From: Clostridia bacterium | Lineage (GTDB): Bacteria; CBDUZB01; JAGLHV01 | NCBI GenBank assembly: GCA_030637025.1 | Contig: DAOVVV010000017.1 | Span: forward strand, 1 to 53,131 | Direction: 5' to 3' | Length of the DNA stretch: 53,131 bases | Shown: piece after piece, positions 40,699 to 49,666 of the stretch | Layout of the letters: every line of letters starts with the position of its first letter | Position numbering within the stretch: the stretch's first letter is position 1 | Position numbers and translations under genes: made by a program | The notes under the pieces: generated by a model | The model's input: only the letters and a program-made list of their open reading frames with translations | Database searches by the model: none | What the model was told of the DNA's origin: nothing

Positions 40699-41321
40699 TT
40701 TATCCCCTTAAGCAATTTATAAAAAAACTTAACATTTTGTCCGTACAATTGGGCTAATTTTTTAATTTTATTTAAACTAAAATTTTTAAGATCCTTTTTC
40801 TCAATTCTTAAATCTTCAAAAAGGTATTCTCTCATCTGATTTTCATCAATGATTTTATTCGAGAAATATATCAAATCGCTAAGAGCCTTTTCTTTAGTAG
40901 CAATTAAAATCGTATGAAAATTATCTATTTTGTAAAGAGTTGTACCATATGAAAAAACCGCCGGATTTATGTGCCGGTATGAAAAAACCCCGAGTGGCGT
41001 AGTAAAAAGTTTCTTCCTCTTATTTGTAACACTGGTAACGGTCTTTACCCTTTCAGGAATTAACCCATAAAAAGAAAGTGCATATTCAAGAGAAATATAT
41101 GAAGGACCATAAATCAGGTTTGCCAATGTTTCTTTTGAGTATGGTTGCCTGGATAAGTCAGGGCCAAACACATAAAGCCCCTTTTTCACCCGTATTATTT
41201 TACCTTTCTTAAGCAAATCATTTATTTTCACTCGCGGATTTTTATATTTCGATAGCGCACAAATAAGAAGATTATAATCAAATTCTTCCGTTAAAGCTAA
41301 TTTTCTTAGATTCATAAACAT
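40695..41321 (-). CDS. abiEi: AbiEi-family antitoxin
   Basis: IIRVKKGLYV, PSYISLEYALSFYGLIPE, ATKEKALSD; coupled to abiEii. Confidence 0.88.
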   Translation of the reverse strand: MFMNLRKLALTEEFDYNLLICALSKYKNPRVKINDLLKKGKIIRVKKGLYVFGPDLSRQPYSKETLANLIYGPSYISLEYALSFYGLIPERVKTVTSVTNKRKKLFTTPLGVFSYRHINPAVFSYGTTLYKIDNFHTILIATKEKALSDLIYFSNKIIDENQMREYLFEDLRIEKKDLKNFSLNKIKKLAQLYGQNVKFFYKLLKGIK

Positions 41322-41339
41322 TTTTATTCTCTCCAGTAT

Positions 41340-41375
41340 GTTAGTATATTACTAACTTACCGGTTGTTTGTCAAG
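41340..41375 (-). promoter_or_regulatory. abiE promoter with inverted-repeat operator
   Basis: GTTAGTA-TAT-TACTAAC (41340-41356) overlapping the -10 of TTGACA-17-TAATAT. Confidence 0.55.
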
Positions 41376-41427
41376 ACAAAAGTCTGAATGGGAAGTTTGA
41401 ATGGAAAAGTCAACAGGGAATGGTTGT

Positions 41428-41678
41428 TTGTGGGATGAGAAAAAGACGGAGTGGAGTTGTTTCCAGCCAGAGGCTGATCTTCGGAAATGTGTGCAGTTTG
41501 TTTGCGGAGTGAGAACGGAGCAAAGTAATTGGTGCCTGTCCACATCAGGAGGAAACGGATTTCTTTGCTTTAAGAATTTAAGCAAAGAAAAAAATGTTTT
41601 TGAGTGTTAACGAAAAATCATTTGGTGAACGAACAGACATTAAACAAATGGAGCGGAGTGTTTTTGGGGGTGGGGATA
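41428..41678 (+). repeat. Repeat B copy 1 (structured fold-back element, with two small insertions)
   Basis: Aligns with 44968-45161 and 47084-47181; inserts at 41463-41485 and 41535-41553. Confidence 0.88.
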
Positions 41679-41698
41679 GGCGGAGGGTAAGTAAATTT

Positions 41699-42190
41699 TT
41701 ATGCGGGGTTGGGACTTTTACTTAGTAACAATTCAAGTTTTTCCATGAAATATTCAGTTAATATGCATTGATTTGTAAAACCAGGCCAATATGAATGGTC
41801 TACTTTTTTTAAGAAAAATAAAAATCCTCCTGTAACATCAAACATTTTTCTACCGGTTTTTGAACTGAATGTATCTGTATAATCTGTGAGCCGTTCATTT
41901 AATACTTTGAACCAAATATTTATATCTCCATCTTTAATGATTTTTTTAAAGATAAGATTAAAAAATATATTTCTTAATTCAAAGGAAATACGACGATCTA
42001 AGCTCGAATAAAGTTCGAAAAAGAAAAGATATAAAAAAGCTAACTCGCTTTTTAAAATATTTTTCCGATTATCGAAAAAGTCAACCTTAAACCCGCTAAG
42101 AGAAGATATTTTATTAAGATTTTCGGGCTTTAACTCTTCATGAATCCATTCAAACAGGACATCAATCAAATTTTTTTCAATTTCATTCAT
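41699..42190 (-). CDS. Hypothetical protein (cargo X1)
   Basis: 163-aa ORF lying between repeat A1 and repeat B1. Confidence 0.6.
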   Translation of the reverse strand: MNEIEKNLIDVLFEWIHEELKPENLNKISSLSGFKVDFFDNRKNILKSELAFLYLFFFELYSSLDRRISFELRNIFFNLIFKKIIKDGDINIWFKVLNERLTDYTDTFSSKTGRKMFDVTGGFLFFLKKVDHSYWPGFTNQCILTEYFMEKLELLLSKSPNPA

Positions 42191-42204
42191 TCACTTTTCA
42201 CCTG

Positions 42205-42411
42205 TTATTCCTTTGGTCTTTCCGGGGTAGTTAGTTGTTTTATGGTGACTTCCAGGGTGTTCTTTTTCTTTTTTAGCTTTTTATAGGTTGTTTCTATGGA
42301 TTCTAATTATTTTGATGTCTTTGCCGAGTCGTCTTTTAGTTGTTTGACCAGGGCTTCGGTGGTTTCAAATTTATATTCTTTGCCGGAAATTTTTGTGGTT
42401 AGTTTTACCAT
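42205..42411 (-). pseudogene. Repeat A ORF copy 1 (nonsense mutation)
   Basis: Near-identical to 47370..47585 but GAA>TAA at 42307-42309; promoter block continues to ~42487. Confidence 0.88.
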
Positions 42412-42541
42412 GGGGATTCCTTTTGGCTGTTAAGTTGTAATATGGAATATGGTAACAAAAAGGAAGGGAAAAGTCAATGTGAGACGGAAAGAGATCAATA
42501 AAATCAGGTTAACTATTTGTTATTAATTGTTTTCTCATTCG

Positions 42542-43039
42542 CTATTTGAAATAAAAGTTCATTCCTAAATTGACTACAAATTCTATTCCACTTACACTCA
42601 AATCAAACTCATCTTCAGTAAGACCGACATAAGCAGGACCTATGTCTGCACTCAGAGCAAATCTTCGATTAATAAAATATTCTCCTCCAACAAAAAGAGA
42701 ACAAACATAACCTGTACCTTCAACATCTTCTTGGTTATCCTCAGATAAAACATAATCTACATAGTCTATACCTAATCCGGTAAAGAGCAAACCTTTTTTA
42801 TAATGATTAAAATTACAATATCCCCTCATTCCATAGACTCCTATTTCATCCTCATATGCACCCCTTGCTTCTATTGCCCAGTTTTGTTGGAAGTTATATT
42901 TAAAAGAAAGATATGGCCAGCCAAGACCAATGCCAAACGTATGGTTTGTATCACTAGCTCCGGCTGCTATTCCGGCAAAACTAAATAGTATAATTCCCAA
43001 GATTAAAACCACCCACTTCTTTAATTGTTTTGTCCTCAT
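42542..43039 (-). CDS. Small outer-membrane beta-barrel protein
   Basis: Signal peptide, alternating beta-strands, terminal LGMNFYFK. Confidence 0.75.
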   Translation of the reverse strand: MRTKQLKKWVVLILGIILFSFAGIAAGASDTNHTFGIGLGWPYLSFKYNFQQNWAIEARGAYEDEIGVYGMRGYCNFNHYKKGLLFTGLGIDYVDYVLSEDNQEDVEGTGYVCSLFVGGEYFINRRFALSADIGPAYVGLTEDEFDLSVSGIEFVVNLGMNFYFK

Positions 43040-43130
43040 CTTTATAACCTCCCCATCATAATTCTTTATTGGATATTATTTGTTTTATCAACCAATGACC
43101 CTAAAACATAATTATTGGGCCGCTTTTTCA

Positions 43131-44834
43131 TTATTCATTCTCATACCTGTTTGAATAAATGTTACCCCCCTGCGTCCAAACAGCAAGTGCATTTCCGCTT
43201 GAATCTATCGCAACCTGAGGAGGATAATAGGGATATCCTGTATTATCAGCAATTAAGTGAGCTGTCCCCCATCCTGTTCCCAACTCATACCTGTTTGACC
43301 AAATGTTAGACCTTGTACCATCATGCTGCTGCCAGACAGCAATGGCATTTCCACTTGAATCTATTGCAATCTGAGAACCCCCGGCACTTCCTGCATCATC
43401 GGTTTCAATTAACTGGGCTACACCCCATCCTGTTCCTAACTCATACCTGTTGGACCAGATGTTAAACCTTATACCATCATACTGCACCCAGACAGCAATG
43501 GCATTCCCACTTGAATCTATTGCAATCTGAGAACCCCAGGCACTTCCTGCATCATCAGTTTCAATTAACTGAGCTGTCCCCCATCCTGTTCCCAACTCAT
43601 ACCTGTTGGAACAAATGTTAGCCCTTGTACCATCATGCTGCTCCCAGACAGCAATGGCATTCCCACTTGAATCTATTGCAATCTGAGAACCCCCGGCACT
43701 TCCTGCATCATCAGTTTCAATTAACTGTGCTGTTCCCCAACCTGTGCCCGATACATACCTGTTGGACCATATGTTAGACCTTGTGCCATCAGACTGGGAC
43801 CAAACAGCAATTGCATTTCCACTTGAATCTATTGCAATCTGAGAACCCCCGGCACTTCCTGCATCATCAGTTTCAATTAACTGAGCTGTCCCCCATCCTG
43901 TTCCCAACTCATACCTGTTTGACCAAATGTTGTCCCTTAGGCCATCATTCTGTCTCCAGACAGCAATGGCATTTCCACTTGAATTTATTGCAATCTGAGG
44001 ATAATAAACATCTCCAGCATTATCGTTTTCAATCAACTGAGCTGTCCCCCATCCTGTTCCCAACTCATACCTGTTTGACCAGATGTTAAACCTTATACCA
44101 TCATACTGCACCCAGACAGCAATGGCATTCCCACTTGAATCTATTGCAACCTGAGAATACCCGGCACTTCCTGCATCATCAGTTTCAATTAACTGAGCTG
44201 TCCCCCATCCTGTTCCCAACTCATACCTGTTTGACCAAATGTTGTCCCTTAGACCATCATACTGCATCCAGACAGCAATGGCATTCCCACTTGAATCTAT
44301 TGCAACCTGAGAATACCTGGCATTTCCTTCATTATCGGATTCAATCAATTGTGGGGCTCCCCACCTTGAGGTTTTAAGTGTCCAGACCGGCCCAGACGAA
44401 CATGCGCCATTATTATCTTTTGCAACTACCTTCCAATAATAAGTATTAGCGCAAGATAATGTTACCGGATTATAAGTAGTAGTTGTTTGGTCATCTGAAA
44501 TAAGAGGAGGGTTGGTTGAATTGCCAAAGTATAGTTCATAGGTCACTATATCTCCTGTATCCGGATCACCACCTGTCCAGGAAAGATCTACAGTTACTAA
44601 TTGATCAGTTGCTCCATCTGCAGGTGTTGGATTTGATGGGATACTTGGTGGATTATTTTGTGGATTATTAAGAATGAATATCTCTTCTCTCTTTTTTTCT
44701 ACCTTCTCCTTCAAATCTTCTCCCCTATTCTTGATAGCCCCGGTTATTCCAAAGTTGAATCTTGCATAACTAAAATCTGTAAGATAGAAAAAACCCAATA
44801 AGATAGTTATTGACACCATTATCTTCTTATTCAT
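43131..44834 (-). CDS. Secreted protein with FN3/Ig-like domain and eight 52-aa repeats (probable beta-propeller; cargo Y2)
   Basis: Signal peptide; PSNPTPADG...TYYWKVVAKD; eight QxAIDSSGNAIAVW...WSNRY..GTGWG units (156-bp DNA repeats). Confidence 0.82.
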   Translation of the reverse strand: MNKKIMVSITILLGFFYLTDFSYARFNFGITGAIKNRGEDLKEKVEKKREEIFILNNPQNNPPSIPSNPTPADGATDQLVTVDLSWTGGDPDTGDIVTYELYFGNSTNPPLISDDQTTTTYNPVTLSCANTYYWKVVAKDNNGACSSGPVWTLKTSRWGAPQLIESDNEGNARYSQVAIDSSGNAIAVWMQYDGLRDNIWSNRYELGTGWGTAQLIETDDAGSAGYSQVAIDSSGNAIAVWVQYDGIRFNIWSNRYELGTGWGTAQLIENDNAGDVYYPQIAINSSGNAIAVWRQNDGLRDNIWSNRYELGTGWGTAQLIETDDAGSAGGSQIAIDSSGNAIAVWSQSDGTRSNIWSNRYVSGTGWGTAQLIETDDAGSAGGSQIAIDSSGNAIAVWEQHDGTRANICSNRYELGTGWGTAQLIETDDAGSAWGSQIAIDSSGNAIAVWVQYDGIRFNIWSNRYELGTGWGVAQLIETDDAGSAGGSQIAIDSSGNAIAVWQQHDGTRSNIWSNRYELGTGWGTAHLIADNTGYPYYPPQVAIDSSGNALAVWTQGGNIYSNRYENE

Positions 44835-44905
44835 AATTTACCTCCATTTTAGATAATAAAAAAATTAGATTTAAAAGCTTTTAATAGAATAACCTCTTAT
44901 TTATC

Positions 44906-45161
44906 ATTACAAATACAGTTAACAATGTCAACAAATTTTTTAAGTATTATTTAAGAAAAAATTTGCCTTGTGGGCTAGGAAAACCGGAGTGGAGTTGTTT
45001 AATGTTTGTAGTTTGTTTGCAGAGTGATAGCGGAGCAAAGTAACTAGTGAACGGATTTCTTGTGTGAGCAAGAAAAAAATGTTTTTGAGTGCTAACGAAA
45101 AATCATTTGGTGAGCGAACATACATTAAACAGAATGGAACGGAGTGTTTGGAGTGGGGATA
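44906..45161 (+). repeat. Block D (promoter-like) plus repeat B copy 2
   Basis: 44906-44984 aligns with 47022-47102 (minus-strand TTGACA at 44931-44926); B core 44985-45144. Confidence 0.88.
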
Positions 45162-45174
45162 AATATAAGATTAT

Positions 45175-45885
45175 TTAAGCTTTTTTCTTTTTTTTGAATC
45201 CCATCAAACCTAAAAGACCTGTGCTTAAAAGTAGCATTGTTGCGGGTTCGGGAACAGGTTGGGAAGCTGGGGTATAATTTACTGTTAAAAGTGGGTGATA
45301 AGAAAGAAAGAGATGATCATCACTAGTAAATAGCGAGTGGTATACATATGGTGGTAATGCTTTCATAATCCAGCCATAATTATCAATACCATTTGACCAA
45401 TGCTGAAGAGAAGGGGTAACAGAAATATTAGTGAAAGGAATGCTCTCTAAAAATGTATCGTCGGGAATTGAAGACCAAGTAGCCGCACTAAAATTATTCC
45501 AAGTTACAGTCTCTTCATCCCATGGTGTATACAATTGGTTTATTTGTTTTGTATATTGCCAATGGCTATAAGTCTTCAAAGTAAGCGTTGCTGAATTGAT
45601 AGTTGACCCATAACTTATTTGTCCATCGGAATCACCAAAAATATTGAAAAAACCAATAAGAGTTTTTGCTTCTCCCCAAAAATCCCCTGCATAAAAGAAT
45701 GAACCCGAACCATAACAAACATCAGGATATCCCTCTAAAATCATCGTTCCGTCTGTTTCAGAGTGAGGATAAACCCCTTGCTGAAAATTTACTACAATTG
45801 CATGGGCATTAATTCCGGTTAAAAAAAGTATGCTGATAATGGCAAAAAAACACAAACTTAGTTTTATTCCTGTTTTTTTTCTCAT
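45175..45885 (-). CDS. PEP-CTERM protein with DNRLRE/CBM96-like domain (cargo X2)
   Basis: Signal peptide; SATLTL...WDEETVTWN...NYGW...PLLTVNY; VPEPATMLLL-TM-KKKKKA. Confidence 0.88.
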   Translation of the reverse strand: MRKKTGIKLSLCFFAIISILFLTGINAHAIVVNFQQGVYPHSETDGTMILEGYPDVCYGSGSFFYAGDFWGEAKTLIGFFNIFGDSDGQISYGSTINSATLTLKTYSHWQYTKQINQLYTPWDEETVTWNNFSAATWSSIPDDTFLESIPFTNISVTPSLQHWSNGIDNYGWIMKALPPYVYHSLFTSDDHLFLSYHPLLTVNYTPASQPVPEPATMLLLSTGLLGLMGFKKKKKA

Positions 45886-45969
45886 TGATTTCTCCCTGTT
45901 TTGGATCGAAATTCGAGGTTTACTTAATTATTTTAAGCTATTGTATATTTTTTGTGGAGTGGCTGTCAA
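45886..45969 (-). promoter_or_regulatory. Block C copy (promoter plus leader/RBS)
   Basis: TTGACA-18-TACAAT...ATCCAAAACAGGGAG; aligns with 49340-49422 and partly with 47330-47380. Confidence 0.7.
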
Positions 45970-46131
45970 TGATTTTTTAATCTTTTTCTTTTTTAGTTTT
46001 TTGTAGTTTCCTTCGATTGATTCTAATTCTTTTGATGTCTTGGCTGAGTCGTCTTTTAGTTGTTTGACCAGGGCTTCGGTGGTTTCAAATTTGTATTCTT
46101 TGCCGGAAATTTTTGTGGTTAGTTTTACCAT
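45928..46131 (-). CDS. Repeat A ORF copy 2 (C-terminus deleted, reads into block C)
   Basis: First 40 aa identical to copy 3; diverges after KKLKKKK. Upstream TTGACT-17-TACCAT and AAGGAG (to ~46207). Confidence 0.7.
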   Translation of the reverse strand: MVKLTTKISGKEYKFETTEALVKQLKDDSAKTSKELESIEGNYKKLKKKKIKKSLTATPQKIYNSLK

Positions 46132-46344
46132 GGGGGACTCCTTTGGCTGTTAGATTGTAATATGGGATATGGTAACAAAAAGAAAGGGAAAAGTCAATGT
46201 GGGACGGGGGATTTATTCTGACATTACCTTTGCTCTAACGGAAAAATATTCTGTTAGAATGTGAAATTAGGGTATCTGGAAAAGAGGGATTGAAATGTCC
46301 TATTATAGGGGTGTTCAGAGGACATTTTACCTACATCTATTAAA

Positions 46345-46974
46345 TTATTTTGCATCTTTATTTTCAATGTTCCCATTTGATTCAAATGTGCAGGAAATTA
46401 TATTCTGCATTGTCGCTTGATCTATAACTTTAATGCCATATTTAAATAAGTTAAATTTTCCGGTATGAGTTGGCATTCCATATATTCCATTTTTCCCTGA
46501 TAAAATTATATCTTTATCAGTTATATATCCAAAGATCTTTTCTTTTATTTTAATAATATAGGTCTTTCCTGCACCAATATAAAATTCTACTACTGAACAT
46601 GGTTTATCGTCAGCAGGCCCAGAATTATAAAAAAACATACCATTACTATTAATTCCTCCTCTAATATGATACACATTCCGAGTAATGTGGATTTTGTATT
46701 TTCCAGGTAAGACTTTCAACGGTTTACTATATAAATTGGGTTTGCTAAAAAAATGATGCAATAGTATTTCGTTTGATCCATCCTTCTCCTTCGAAATCGT
46801 AACTACGCAGCCAACATGCTCTTCAGAGTAATCTATTATAATTCTGCCAACACTACTCTCTGGGAGGGTAGATCCTTTATAAAGTTTCGTAGGATTGAGG
46901 CTAGCACATCCCATTAACATTAAAAAGAGAAACGAATATACAATGAGCATTTTAATCAAATTGTGAATTTTCAT
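46345..46974 (-). CDS. Hypothetical lipoprotein (cargo Y3)
   Basis: Lipobox LMGC; GAGGAG RBS. Confidence 0.72.
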   Translation of the reverse strand: MKIHNLIKMLIVYSFLFLMLMGCASLNPTKLYKGSTLPESSVGRIIIDYSEEHVGCVVTISKEKDGSNEILLHHFFSKPNLYSKPLKVLPGKYKIHITRNVYHIRGGINSNGMFFYNSGPADDKPCSVVEFYIGAGKTYIIKIKEKIFGYITDKDIILSGKNGIYGMPTHTGKFNLFKYGIKVIDQATMQNIISCTFESNGNIENKDAK

Positions 46975-47021
46975 ATATCAAATCTCCTCTTTTATATATA
47001 ATACATTACCTATTTAATAGT

Positions 47022-47181
47022 ATTACAAATATAATTACTTGTGTCAACAATTTTTTTAAGTATTATTTAAGAAGCAAGTTGTCTTGTGGGGCGGGGAAAA
47101 ACCGGAGTGGAGTTGTTTAATGTTTGCAGTTTGTTTGCGGAGTGAAAACGGAGCAAAGTAACTGGTGAACGGATTTCTTTG
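47022..47181 (+). repeat. Block D plus truncated repeat B copy 3
   Basis: Aligns with 44906 to ~45062; homology stops at GGATTTCTT. Confidence 0.85.
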
Positions 47182-47329
47182 TAGAAGTTTGATTTTCAGA
47201 AAGAGCCGACAACTTTTCAGTTGCTTTATTTACCTGTTCTTGAGCAAATGAAATATTAACAAAAAGACTCATGACGATCAAAACCAGCAAAATCACTCTA
47301 AAATCAATGTAATTGCCCTTTTTCCTCAT
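47182..47329 (-). pseudogene. 5' stub of a secreted-protein gene (cargo X3) deleted into repeat B3
   Basis: RBS AGGAGG, signal peptide ending SFA|QEQ; the frame then runs into B sequence (track ORF 47117..47329). Confidence 0.65.
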
Positions 47330-47369
47330 CTTCTTTTCCTCCTATTTTTTAGTTAATTATTTAACGTTA

Positions 47370-47585
47370 TTATATATTTACTTCCTTTGGTTTTTCACTT
47401 GTAGTCAGTTGTCTTATGGTGGCTTCCAGGGTGTTCTTTTTCTTTTTTAGTTTTTTGTAGGTTATTTCTATGGATTCTAATTCTTTTGATGTCTTGGCCG
47501 AGTCGTCTTTTAGTTGTTTGACCAGGGCTTCGGTGGTTTCAAATTTGTATTCTTTGCCGGAAATCTTTGTGGTTAGTTTTACCAT
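47370..47585 (-). CDS. Repeat A ORF copy 3, ~70-aa coiled-coil protein (most intact copy)
   Basis: MVKLTTKISGKEYKFETT + heptad-rich helix; AAGGAG RBS; TTGACT-17-TACCAT promoter ending at 47651. Confidence 0.75.
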   Translation of the reverse strand: MVKLTTKISGKEYKFETTEALVKQLKDDSAKTSKELESIEITYKKLKKKKNTLEATIRQLTTSEKPKEVNI

Positions 47586-47651
47586 GGGGGACTCCTTTGG
47601 CTGTTAGATTATAATATGGGATATGGTAGCAAATAGGAAGGAAAAAGTCAA

Positions 47652-49112
47652 TTATATGGATTTTGCTAAATTTTTATATTTTTCTGTATTTTCATAATTT
47701 CCGATTTTTTCGTAGGTAAAAGATAAATTATTGTAGGTCACCTTTAAATAATGATATTGTTTTATTTCTTTAAAAATCCCCTCTGCTTTCAAATAATATT
47801 CTATTGCCCTCTTATATTTTCCTAAGCTCTTATAAGCATTACCTAAATTTACATAGCATTTTGACTCTCCTTGCTTATCCCCAATTGCTCTAGCTATTTT
47901 TAAAGACTTCTTATAATATTTTATTGCCCTCTTATATTTTTCTAAGCTATCATAAGCAAGACCTAAATTTGTATAACATGCTGATTTTCCTTCCTTATCC
48001 CCAATTGCTTTAGCTATCTTTAAAGACTTATCATAATACTCTATTGCTCTCTTGTAATCTCTTAAGCTATCATAAGCAACACTTAAATTTACATAGCATT
48101 TTGACTCTCCTACCTTATCTCCAATTGCTTTAGCTATCCCTAAAGCCCTCTCCTGATACTCTATTGCTCGATTGTAATCTCCCAAGCTATTATAAACAAC
48201 CCCTAAATTGCCATAACATTTAGACTCCACTGCCTTATCCCCAATTGCTTTGGCTATATCTAAAGCCCTCTCTTGATATTCTATTGCCCGCTGAAAATCT
48301 CCTAAACTATGATAAGCAAGCCCTAAATTTGTATAACATGTTGATTCTCCTGGCTTATCCCCAATTGCTTTAACCTTCTCTAAAGCCTTCTCATGATATT
48401 CCTTTGCTCGCTTATATTCTCCTAAGTTATAATAAGTAATCCCCAAATTTCCATAACATCTATACTTTCCTTCCTTATCCCCAATTGCTTTAGCCTTCTC
48501 CCATTCGGTGGTGTAGTCTTGTTCAAACTGTTCTCCGCCTTGAAACCTTTTTGCTCGAATCCCCATTGCTATTTCTACACATATCCACCAGATGATGGTA
48601 ATCACGAGGATACTTTTAGTACTAATATCCCATGAAATTTTGGATTCATTAACCGTAATAACAAAAAGTCCTATACATAACCACCCTAAAACATCTATTA
48701 TGGTAGGAAAACCTTTTAAGAGGTCATGAGTTACTTTGCTTATTTTGATTTTTCCTTTCTCTTTTCTCAATTCTAAAAGGTTGGTTTCCCAAAAAACACC
48801 CGTTGCCTCATTTTCATAAAAAAATCGGATGTAAGATGCAATTCTGCGAAGTGTCTTCACTTGCTCTAGCATTAGGTAGTACCCGCTGGGTAGAACAAGG
48901 AGAGCAAATAAAACAATAAGACTGGGCCACAGCCACAGATCTTTGTTTTCATTTTTAAGAATTATTGCAAGGTTCATCAAACCAAAAGTAATGGCAAGTG
49001 TAGAAAAATAGATATTAAAACCCCTATTTAAAACCACTGAAATTTCTTCTTTTAATGCTCGATATTCCAGCAATTGATACTGTGATTTTGTTTCGTTTTT
49101 TCCCTCTCCCAT
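47652..49112 (-). CDS. 4-TM membrane domain fused to ~40-aa TPR repeats (cargo Y4)
   Basis: N-terminal LEYRALKEEI plus four hydrophobic segments; repeated AKAIGDKxGESxCYxNLG units (120-bp DNA repeats). Confidence 0.82.
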   Translation of the reverse strand: MGEGKNETKSQYQLLEYRALKEEISVVLNRGFNIYFSTLAITFGLMNLAIILKNENKDLWLWPSLIVLFALLVLPSGYYLMLEQVKTLRRIASYIRFFYENEATGVFWETNLLELRKEKGKIKISKVTHDLLKGFPTIIDVLGWLCIGLFVITVNESKISWDISTKSILVITIIWWICVEIAMGIRAKRFQGGEQFEQDYTTEWEKAKAIGDKEGKYRCYGNLGITYYNLGEYKRAKEYHEKALEKVKAIGDKPGESTCYTNLGLAYHSLGDFQRAIEYQERALDIAKAIGDKAVESKCYGNLGVVYNSLGDYNRAIEYQERALGIAKAIGDKVGESKCYVNLSVAYDSLRDYKRAIEYYDKSLKIAKAIGDKEGKSACYTNLGLAYDSLEKYKRAIKYYKKSLKIARAIGDKQGESKCYVNLGNAYKSLGKYKRAIEYYLKAEGIFKEIKQYHYLKVTYNNLSFTYEKIGNYENTEKYKNLAKSI

Positions 49113-49140
49113 AAAACATCCTCCCTTTAGATAAAAATCC

Positions 49141-49339
49141 TATGTGACTTTATAGATTATTAAATCTTTTATCGCTTTGTCTAACTTCTTTAGTTCAAAT
49201 ATTTTAAGTAAGTCTTCGTTTGGCTCGTATTTATCAGCAACTACCGGATTTGCATTAGTTTGTGAAGTAATGTCTATTAATCAAAATACCATAAATAAAT
49301 CCCTGTTGAAAGAAATTTTCTTTTTTTAGTGTTTTTCAT
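49141..49339 (-). pseudogene. Frameshifted/deleted gene remnant (cargo X4)
   Basis: ATG at 49339 behind the block C RBS gives only 20 aa; another frame continues IDITSQTNANPVVADKYEP to a stop at ~49141. Confidence 0.5.
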
Positions 49340-49422
49340 TTTTCCTCCTGTTTTGGATTGGAATTTAAGTCTTGGTTAATTATTTTTAACTTATTGTATA
49401 TTTATTTTTTTGGTGGTGTCAA
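49340..49422 (-). promoter_or_regulatory. Block C copy (promoter plus leader/RBS)
   Basis: TTGACA-18-TACAAT...ATCCAAAACAGGAGG. Confidence 0.7.
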
Positions 49423-49431
49423 GGAAATTTT

Positions 49432-49648
49432 TTATTTCTTTTCTTCTTTGGGTTTTTCAGTGGTGATTAGTTGTTTTATGGTGGCTTCCAGGGTGTTCTT
49501 TTTCTTTTTTAGTTTTTTATAGGTTGTTTCTATGGATTCTAATTCTTTTGATGTCTTGGCTGAGTCGTCTTTTAGTTGTTTGACCAGGGCTTCGGTGGTT
49601 TCAAATTTGTATTCTTTGCCGGAAATTTTTGTGGTTAGTTTTTACCAT
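49432..49648 (-). pseudogene. Repeat A ORF copy 4 (+1 frameshift in codon 3-4, promoter missing)
   Basis: GTGGTTAGTTTTTACCAT has one extra T versus the other copies; the rest encodes ...EKPKEEKK*. Confidence 0.85.
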
Positions 49649-49666
49649 AGGGACTCCTTTTTTAAA

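Noticed and set aside
43131-44362. Diversity-generating retroelement TR/VR pair
   Set aside because: Repeats are in-frame protein repeats, differences are not confined to adenines, and no reverse transcriptase is in the window.
41352-45125. Short ORFs over repeat B (41352, 41357, 41401, 44940)
   Set aside because: Frames and lengths are not conserved between B copies; indels break them.
44985-45144. CsrB/RsmZ-like sRNA because of many GGA motifs
   Set aside because: The GGAs face each other in symmetric internal loops rather than sitting in hairpin loops, and no + strand promoter/terminator pair was evident.
41428-49660. CRISPR array or integron cassette array as explanation for repeats A-D
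   Set aside because: Repeats are 80-280 bp and separated by whole genes; no cas or intI gene; B lacks RYYYAAC/GTTRRRY ends.
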